Positions 57,428-64,000 of a DNA stretch of 64,000 nucleotides are shown here, piece after piece. The translations under genes and the position numbers were made by a program. The stretch lies in the IMG/VR virus record IMGVR_UViG_3300036820_000002, positions 66,269 through 130,268 of that record, one strand, 5' to 3'. The notes below the pieces were generated by a model, which ran no database searches, was not told the origin of the DNA, and saw nothing but the letters and a program-made list of their open reading frames with translations. Each line of letters starts with the position of its first letter. The stretch's first letter is position 1. The DNA is from a virus.

Positions 57428-58706
57428 CAACCCCGCCCTCGCGCTGGCCGCTGACGTGGTCTCTGACCTAGAGAAGGTCAGGATCGCCAACCAGAACCGG
57501 CTGCGCCAGATGATCCGCTCCGTTGAGGACTCCGACGGGGAGGAACGCGGCCTCGGGCTGCTGCCCCCCGGCTTCAGCAAGGACAGCAGGACCCTGGTCG
57601 ATGACATCCAGGACGCGGCGATCGCGATCACGGCCGCCGCTGACAGCCTGCGCCAGCGGCCCCGCTGCCCCGAGGGGTGGGTCCCTGACGTGTGGAACCT
57701 CACCCTGATCATCGTGATGATGGTAACGGCGGAGAAGGACGCGATCCGCAACCTGGAGCGGATCATGAAGCAGCACCCGCTCGGGCCCTGGGCCGCGCAG
57801 CAGAAGGGCGTCGGGAACAAGCAGCTGGCCCGGCTGCTGGCCGCGACCGGCGACCCCTACATCCGGCCCGAGATCACCCTCGCCGACGGCACCGTGGACC
57901 CCTCCCGCCCCCGGCGCGGCCCCGCCGAGCTGTGGGCCTACTGCGGCTACCACGTGCTGACTGCCGTCGTCGGCGGCACCGAGGTAGGCGTGGCCCCCCG
58001 CCGCAAGCGCGGCGAGCACGCCAACTGGTCCGCCGACGCGAAGATGCGCGCCTACCTGGTGGCAGAATCCTGCATCAAGCAGAAGGGCACCCCTTACCGG
58101 GATCTCTACGATATGACCAGGATCAAGCACGCAGACGCGCTGCACAGGGCGGAGTGCCTGCGCTGCGGGCCCAAGGGGAGCCCGGCCCAGCCGGGAAGCC
58201 CCCTCTCCGACGGTCACAAGCACGCACGCGGGCTCCGCGCCGTGGCCAAGGAGGTGCTGAAGGAACTGTGGCGCGAAGCACGCCGCCTGCACCACGGCGG
58301 CACCGACCCTGACGGCCCCCGGGATTCCCTGCCGCCCCTTCTTCCCGCATCATCCATGGCACGGTCGGCGGCAGGGAACGGCCCGGCCAAGCAGGTTACG
58401 TCCCCCACTGGGTCCCCGCCGGCCAGAGATACCACCTCACCCACGATCACCTCGCCGACCATAAAGGTCACCTCACCCATGATTACTTCGTCGGCCAGAG
58501 ACACCCCGTCACCCATGAATCCTCCGCCGGGCCTGCCGGACTTCCTCGCCGACCTGGACACCTTCCTCGGCAGCCTGCCTCCTCTCTCCGCCGGAGACGA
58601 CCGCAGCCATGTATCCTCCGTCCCCCAGAATGAAGGCGCTGCGGATGACCCCTCCCCCGGACATGGCGACACCGGTACCCCTATGGCTGGCCCCGGGGGA
58701 GAATGA
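57309..58706 (+). CDS. IS110/Nop-domain RNA-binding protein with no nuclease domain (TasA-like)
   Basis: coiled coil (DLEKVRIANQNRL), KGVG..LARLL, LWAYCG, APRRKRG, W...KMR.YL, YD..R, H..G.R..KE.LKELW; no DEDD RuvC or HNH; alternative start at 57408. Confidence 0.8.
   Translation: MITAETLPGTQQPGVTHNYAGPGEPAASPSAPSMTAPLLANPALALAADVVSDLEKVRIANQNRLRQMIRSVEDSDGEERGLGLLPPGFSKDSRTLVDDIQDAAIAITAAADSLRQRPRCPEGWVPDVWNLTLIIVMMVTAEKDAIRNLERIMKQHPLGPWAAQQKGVGNKQLARLLAATGDPYIRPEITLADGTVDPSRPRRGPAELWAYCGYHVLTAVVGGTEVGVAPRRKRGEHANWSADAKMRAYLVAESCIKQKGTPYRDLYDMTRIKHADALHRAECLRCGPKGSPAQPGSPLSDGHKHARGLRAVAKEVLKELWREARRLHHGGTDPDGPRDSLPPLLPASSMARSAAGNGPAKQVTSPTGSPPARDTTSPTITSPTIKVTSPMITSSARDTPSPMNPPPGLPDFLADLDTFLGSLPPLSAGDDRSHVSSVPQNEGAADDPSPGHGDTGTPMAGPGGE
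58383..58531 (+). repeat. 4 tandem TIGR-like units with exact 36-nt period
   Basis: CCA at 58387, 58423, 58459 and 58495; loops CGTCCCCCA/CCTCACCCA/CCTCACCCA/CGTCACCCA; variable 9-mers. Confidence 0.88.
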
Positions 58707-58767
58707 CCAGGTCCCCGCAGGTTCAGGGAGATGATGCCACCCAAACTCAGTCCGCCTGCGGGGACCT
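58601..58767 (+). ncRNA. 3 further TIGR-like stem-loop units
   Basis: units at 58601, 58652 and 58709; e.g. CCA-tgtatcctc-CGTCCCCCA-gaatgaagg-CG. Confidence 0.8.
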
Positions 58768-58823
58768 CTACGCGTAAGGGAAATGCCCCCAGCGGGGGAA
58801 ACCGGATTGAAGAGGAGAAAACC

Positions 58824-59051
58824 GTGAGCTGCCCGATGTGCCCGCACTGCACGGGCGCCCCCGAGAACCTGCTGTCCGCCGGGGATGTCGCCACCTTGTT
58901 CCGGGTGGACCCCAAGACGGTCACCCGGTGGGCGAATGAGGGGTGGCTGGCCTGCACTCGCACCCTCGGCGGCCACCGCCGCTACTCCCGTGACGAGGTG
59001 GACGCGATCATCGCCACCGGGAGGCGGCCCGGCCGCCGGGACGCGGCGTGA
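58824..59051 (+). CDS. bldC: BldC-family MerR-like/excisionase DNA-binding protein
   Basis: LLSAGDVATLFRVDPKTVTRWA..G.L...RTLGGHRRY closely follows the BldC signature. Confidence 0.85.
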   Translation: MSCPMCPHCTGAPENLLSAGDVATLFRVDPKTVTRWANEGWLACTRTLGGHRRYSRDEVDAIIATGRRPGRRDAA

Positions 59052-59341
59052 GCGTGCGGTCCGCCGGGACGGCCGTGAGCAGGCGGGCCGGGCTCAACCT
59101 GCGTGCCGAGCGGCTCGCGGCGGGGCTGCGCCCGGACCAGCTGTCCGCGATGATCACCCTGTCCGGGAGCCGCGTCTCCGCCAAGCTGATCGAGCTGATC
59201 GAGCACGGCATCCCGGACCGCAGGCGGGGACGGCGGGTCAGGGTCATGTCCGTCGACGAGGCGTGGATCTTCGCCGGGGTGCTCGGCATCCCGGTCACCC
59301 GGCTGCTGGAGGAAAGGAGCGATGATGGTCAGGATTCTTGA
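59048..59341 (+). CDS. XRE-type HTH protein
   Basis: LRAERLAAGL..DQL..IELIEHG..SVDE..FA.VLGI. Confidence 0.7.
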   Translation: MSVRSAGTAVSRRAGLNLRAERLAAGLRPDQLSAMITLSGSRVSAKLIELIEHGIPDRRRGRRVRVMSVDEAWIFAGVLGIPVTRLLEERSDDGQDS

Positions 59342-59557
59342 CGGGGAGCTGCCCCCGGTGCAGGTGCCGGGGGTCCCGCTGCCGCTGTACGTCGGCATGA
59401 GCCTGCAGGGACCCTGCGTCTTGGCCGACGGCGAGAAGGCAGCCAGGTGGCTGCTGCAGGACCCGCATGCCCGGCGGCTGTGGATCCTGCCCGGACCCGC
59501 CACCGAGCTGACCATCATGCCGGCGATCGCGGCCCGGCTGATCCCGAAGGAGTCCTG

Positions 59558-60025
59558 ATGGGCAACCACTCCGATACCCTGGCCCGCAGCTCGTTCGCGC
59601 TGTCCTCAGCGCCGGGCAGGCATGCGGTAATAAAACCGCCCCGGCTCCCGCACAAGGGGAAGCTGCCGCGCTGGTGCCCGACCTGGAAGCACGCCGCTGC
59701 CGGGTACATCGCCACCGCCGGGATCACGCTGGCCATCCTGGCCGGGACCGCCGGGGGATCCAGCGCGTCCGTGCCGCCGCCGGCCCGCCACCCGGGAATC
59801 ATGGCTCCGGCGTCAGCCCCGGCTAGCACTGCTCCCGCTCCCTCCTCCTCTCCGGCCCCGCCGGTTCCCGCCGTGACCCGCTACACGGCGCGGCCCGGGG
59901 ACACCCTGTGGGGGATCGCGGTCCGCCAGTGCGGCACCGCCGCTGACGTCAGCACGCTGGCCCGCGCTAACAAGATCAGCGGCGGCCAGCTCAGGATCGG
60001 GGAGAGCATTGTCATCACCTGCTAA
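59558..60025 (+). CDS. membrane-anchored LysM protein
   Basis: TM helix, Pro/Ala linker, YTARPGDTLWGIA..LARAN..LRIGE. Confidence 0.8.
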   Translation: MGNHSDTLARSSFALSSAPGRHAVIKPPRLPHKGKLPRWCPTWKHAAAGYIATAGITLAILAGTAGGSSASVPPPARHPGIMAPASAPASTAPAPSSSPAPPVPAVTRYTARPGDTLWGIAVRQCGTAADVSTLARANKISGGQLRIGESIVITC

Positions 60026-60489
60026 CAGCCAGGCGGAGCAGCTCGCCTTCCACCTGACCGGCGTGCACCGGGACCCCTTCGCCATCTGCGGCAGTTTCGA
60101 GCGCAACCTGCGCCAGCATGAAGCTGACCACGCCAGCCTGGCCGCCGGCGGCACCGGCATCGTGCTGCACATCGAGGCGACCTGGTCATTCGATGAGGAC
60201 TGGGTAGAAAGAGTACTGGAGAAAATGGAGGCATCGCGGTGAGCGAGATAGATGACGCCACGGGAATCGACATCCCGGACACCGTCGCGGAGTACGCGCG
60301 GACCTCAGCAGCCAAGCGCGCCTACCTGTTCTACGTCACCTACCTGAGCCGGGAGGACATATCGCACCCCTCCTGGGAGCAGCTCAGCGAGCCTTCCCGT
60401 GACCTGTGGCGGGAGCTGACCGGGGCTGTCGACGACGGCTTCTCTGACGGGCTGGTGCGCGGGCTGCGGTTGCATGAGACGGGGTCGCT

Positions 60490-61275
60490 GTGAGCCTGGT
60501 TCACAAGCCGTGGGCGCTGCCGGAGCTGGACATCTCCGGCGATGAGGGCCATCCTGACTGGACTCCCGGCGAGGAAGATGCCCTCTTCCGGAAGACGGGC
60601 CCGGAAACGGTGGAACTGCACCGCCCGCCCGGGGTCTACGCCAGCTGGCTGCAGAACATCCGGGAGAACCGGGACCGCGACGTCACCGCCTACGAGGCGG
60701 ACCCGCGCAGCCTGGCCGCCGCCTGGTCCTGGCTGGACAGCCACCCGCTGTTCTGGACGGTCGCCCCCGGGTACCCCCGCAATCACGTCCGGCTGGTCAC
60801 CGACTCCCTCGGGGTGGCGCGCGGCCTCGACCTGTTCCCGGCGGCCGTTCCCGGCGGGACCGAGATCCGCTATGAAGTCATGATCTCCCCGGACCTGCAT
60901 GACTGGGAGCTCGACGGGAGCTGCGGCAGCTGGGAGGAGGTCATCCTGGAAGCGGCCCGCAAGGTCCACCTGGCCCACGGCAACGACCGGGCCGGGATCA
61001 GCGTCCCGCCGTGGCCGCTGCCCCCCTACGGGCAGCTCTCCGTCCCGGTCCACATCACCGGGAAAGTGCAGTGGACCGGCGGCAACCTGGAGGAGATCCG
61101 GGCGTTCGCCGGCGGGTTCTTCTCCGTGACCTCCCGGAACCCGGTCATCCGGGACAGCAGGGGGGGCCTGCATGACCTTCCCCCCGGCTCCTGGGCAGTC
61201 TGCTATTCCCCCGGCGACTTCGGCGTCTTCACCGACGGCGCCCGCACCCGCTTCTTCGGAAAGGATCCCGCATGA
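60490..61275 (+). CDS. hypothetical protein
   Basis: 261-aa coupled ORF; WLDSHPLFW, HDWELD. Confidence 0.6.
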   Translation: MSLVHKPWALPELDISGDEGHPDWTPGEEDALFRKTGPETVELHRPPGVYASWLQNIRENRDRDVTAYEADPRSLAAAWSWLDSHPLFWTVAPGYPRNHVRLVTDSLGVARGLDLFPAAVPGGTEIRYEVMISPDLHDWELDGSCGSWEEVILEAARKVHLAHGNDRAGISVPPWPLPPYGQLSVPVHITGKVQWTGGNLEEIRAFAGGFFSVTSRNPVIRDSRGGLHDLPPGSWAVCYSPGDFGVFTDGARTRFFGKDPA

Positions 61276-61739
61276 ACAACGACATCGCCGACCTGGCAAT
61301 CACCGCCATCACCGACCATCCGCAGGCCCATGACCAGGGACTGTGGCTGCGGCACCCGCCGCTTTACTTCGAGATGCATGCCCCGGCCGCCATGGTTCGC
61401 GGCGTCATGGCCACGGTCACAGCAGTCCGTGATGCCCTGGAGGGCCCGCCCTGCGGCACGCGCGCCTGCCTGGCCGGGTGGGTTGCGGTACTCACCGCCC
61501 CCGAGGATACCCTCTTCTGCTACGGGCCCCTGGGTATGCACATGGTGATCAGCGACCTGCCGGTGAGCATCATGGCGTACGCGACCCGGAAGCTGGAGAT
61601 CACTGATGAGCAGGCCGCTGTGCTGTTCCTGAAGACCCCGGATGACCAGGTGGTGCCGGTGATCAAGTACCTCAAGGACCACCCGGAGGCCAGCAGCAGG
61701 GAGATGCTCGCGGAGATGCCCGGCCGGCGGCTGACATGA
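61272..61739 (+). CDS. paralog family C member 2
   Basis: PQAHDQGLW...CGTRACLAGWVAVL. Confidence 0.65.
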   Translation: MNNDIADLAITAITDHPQAHDQGLWLRHPPLYFEMHAPAAMVRGVMATVTAVRDALEGPPCGTRACLAGWVAVLTAPEDTLFCYGPLGMHMVISDLPVSIMAYATRKLEITDEQAAVLFLKTPDDQVVPVIKYLKDHPEASSREMLAEMPGRRLT

Positions 61740-61930
61740 GCAAGCCGGACCAACACGTCGATATCCCGGACCAACACGTCGATATCGAGGATGCTCAGGA
61801 GCGGCTGGTAGAGCTGGTGGAGCACGTCGTTGCCACCGGGGAGAAAATCTTCATCGACCGGGACGGCATCCCGGTCGCGGTCATCATCCCCTACCAGTGG
61901 TATGAGAAGGCCGTTCATGGACTCCGCTGA
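61736..61930 (+). CDS. Phd/YefM antitoxin-like protein
   Basis: IEDAQERLVELVEHV...GEKIFIDRDGIPVAVIIP. Confidence 0.75.
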   Translation: MSKPDQHVDIPDQHVDIEDAQERLVELVEHVVATGEKIFIDRDGIPVAVIIPYQWYEKAVHGLR

Positions 61931-62568
61931 CCGCGACCCGCACATGAGCGAGCTGCCGTGCCTGGTCTGCGGCAAGCCGTCCCGGCCGGCGATGCCCGGC
62001 GGCGGGGAAGCCTCGCCGCCTTCGGATGCGCTGCTGTTCCTCACCTACGGGAACTACGGCAGCACCGTCTTTGACTCAGTACTCGGCGAGGAGTACCTGC
62101 TCGCGGTGATCTGCGATGAATGCGTCACCGCCGCCGGGAAGCAGGGCCACCTGCTGCACTGCCGCAAGCTCCTGCCGGGCACGGTCACGGTCCGGTGGAG
62201 GCCGCAGTGACCGGGGAGACGGTACGGTGCTACTCCGAGGGCAGGGTCGGCTGCGGCTGCCACTGCGACATCTACCTGTACGGCACGTGGTGCGGGGAGC
62301 CGGCAGCCAGCTGCTGGGATTTCGGGTGCGTTCATGAGCACGTCCGCCGCTGGGCGGGAATATGCGCCGGGCATGAGCAGTATATTGCCTCGATGCATGG
62401 CAGCTGCGATAACTGCCTGGCAGGAGCACAGTCCCACGATTGCGAGGTCACCTTCCGAGCCATCCCGGAACCGGTCACCCGGAGGCACCTGACGGTGGTG
62501 ACCCGATGAGTCGCAGTTCATTCCCTGGTCAGGGACATCACCAGCGGACCGATGAGAAAGGAACGGGC

Positions 62569-63101
62569 ATGATCCCTGACGCGACCCGGGGCTGGATGGC
62601 CGGGGTGCTGGACTTCCACGGCATCATCACCAGCAAGGGCAGTAAGCACCGCCCTGAAGGCAGTGAGCAGATCTGCCTGACCGTCACCACCACGAAACAG
62701 CCCGAGGTGATCGCCCGGCTCTGCGAACTGACCGGCATCACCCCTCGGGGCGGGAGACGCCCCCGTTCAGTTCGTCGCTAATCAACCGGAAAGGGTGCAC
62801 CGAGCACTGCCCGGAGCCGCACATCCACGGGGTGACGCCCGTGCTGCGAGACATCACCAGCTGGTCGGTGAGCGGCGCCTCCCTGGCCGTGGTGCTGTGG
62901 AACCTGCGGGATTACCTGGTCACCACCGTGCAGCCGTGGGAATCCACCCTCCTGCACTGCCTGGCCGTAGCTAAGCTCAGAGGGCGCGGGTCGGTGGCCA
63001 CCCTGGCCGGGCTGCAGCGGCTGGAGGGCCTGGGCTGGGAGATACCGCCGGTCTTCACCGCGATGACGGGCACGGAAGAGAGAGGAAGGCAGACGGCATG
63101 A
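62569..63101 (+). pseudogene. frameshifted LAGLIDADG-like protein
   Basis: GWMAGVLDFHGII motif; the frame ends at 62781 and a protein-like continuation (SWSVSG..LWNLRDYL) lies in another frame. Confidence 0.5.
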
Positions 63102-63631
63102 GAATGAGGATGGCTGCCGCGATCTGGGCGCTGGCCGCCGCCGCCGCAATCGCCCTGCCGGCGATTGCGGCGGCCAAGCCGGAACCCGGGCAGGAGGCCT
63201 TCGGCATCATCGGGCTCACCGGGAGCGATGACCTGTGCATCAGCATCGTGGTACCGGTCCCGGGTGAGGTGCTGCACATGACGGACTGCCACGGCACCGC
63301 GAAACCGGCGAACTGGTGGCAGCTGACCAGGATCCAGGGCCGGGGCGCCATCTTCATCGCCGCCCGGCCGGAGCTGGCCGTCAGCCAGCTGCCTGCCGAT
63401 CCGGCGCAGGCCAGGCTGCAGCTGGTGCCGGTCACCATCACATACCAGCCTGATGAGCGCGGTCATTACCGGCTGCTCTCCCCGGAAGGGGCGTGCCTGT
63501 CCGCGCGGAGCCTGACCGCAGCGATGCCGTACCTGTACTGGGAACCATGCGGCTCTTACCAGCCGGCGAAAAAGGGCAGGCGCCTCCCCTGGTACCAGGA
63601 ATGGGACCTGCCCGGGTTCCATACCGAATGA
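63098..63631 (+). CDS. secreted ricin-B-like protein
   Basis: signal peptide; DLCI..DC..NWW, GACL..EPC..QEW. Confidence 0.5.
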   Translation: MRMRMAAAIWALAAAAAIALPAIAAAKPEPGQEAFGIIGLTGSDDLCISIVVPVPGEVLHMTDCHGTAKPANWWQLTRIQGRGAIFIAARPELAVSQLPADPAQARLQLVPVTITYQPDERGHYRLLSPEGACLSARSLTAAMPYLYWEPCGSYQPAKKGRRLPWYQEWDLPGFHTE

Positions 63632-63648
63632 AACAGAAAGGAAGCAGA

Positions 63649-64000
63649 ATGAGAGCAAGGACAAAGATCCTGCTGGCCTCAGCACAGGCCGCTGCAGCCA
63701 TCGTCATCACGGCGGCATCTCCGGCCAGCGCTGCCGCCGGCACGTCCAGCGGCCCGGTCAGCCTGACCGGCAGCTCCCCGGGGGCATGCCTGACGGCGGA
63801 ATCCCCCGAGCCCCGCACCCCGGTGATGCTGAAGGAGTGCACAGCCCCGGGCTACCAGATCTGGATCGTGCGGAAAAACAGCAACGACCGGGGCAATGTC
63901 CTGATCGAGCCTTCGCCGCAGAGCAGCATCGGGTACCTGGTCAGCAAGAAGGTGACCGGGGTCGCGCTGACGACGGCAGCCCTGTCCCTCTATTTCCGGG
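63649..64000 (+). CDS. secreted ricin-B-like protein (partial)
   Basis: signal peptide; GACLTA..V.LKEC...YQIW; runs off the window edge. Confidence 0.5.
   Translation, partial: MRARTKILLASAQAAAAIVITAASPASAAAGTSSGPVSLTGSSPGACLTAESPEPRTPVMLKECTAPGYQIWIVRKNSNDRGNVLIEPSPQSSIGYLVSKKVTGVALTTAALSLYFR

Noticed and set aside
57309-58706. Active IS110 transposase / IS element
   Set aside because: No N-terminal DEDD RuvC-like domain or catalytic Ser motif is visible, and it is flanked by many guide-like units rather than IS ends.

Overview
This window is part of a large high-GC tailed-phage genome (Caudoviricetes, probably with an actinobacterial host). From 1 to 22.7 kb, almost all on the minus strand, is the virion and packaging module. 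It contains TerL, a portal-MuF-Nudix-ParB fusion, a prohead protease/scaffold, the major capsid protein, a glycosyltransferase plus nucleotidyltransferase pair, and an Rpf-LysM protein. From 24.6 to 27.3 kb is a non-coding hub with an 8-copy, 22-bp-phased palindrome array, a perfect CRP-type site and a hairpin-dense region of about 1.3 kb that may be a large ncRNA. From 27.3 to 64 kb are many small plus-strand accessory genes. The main finding is an RNA-guide-like system. About 30 non-coding units share the geometry stem-CCA-N9-(9-nt loop, usually CG..CA)-N9-CG-stem. They lie around, and partly inside, a gene for a nuclease-less IS110/Nop-like protein (57309-58706), and also occur as single copies up to 17 kb away. 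This architecture matches TIGR-Tas (TasA type), here in an unusual dispersed form that mixes stem-loop and 36-nt tandem units. All calls come from reading motifs by eye; no database searches were run.
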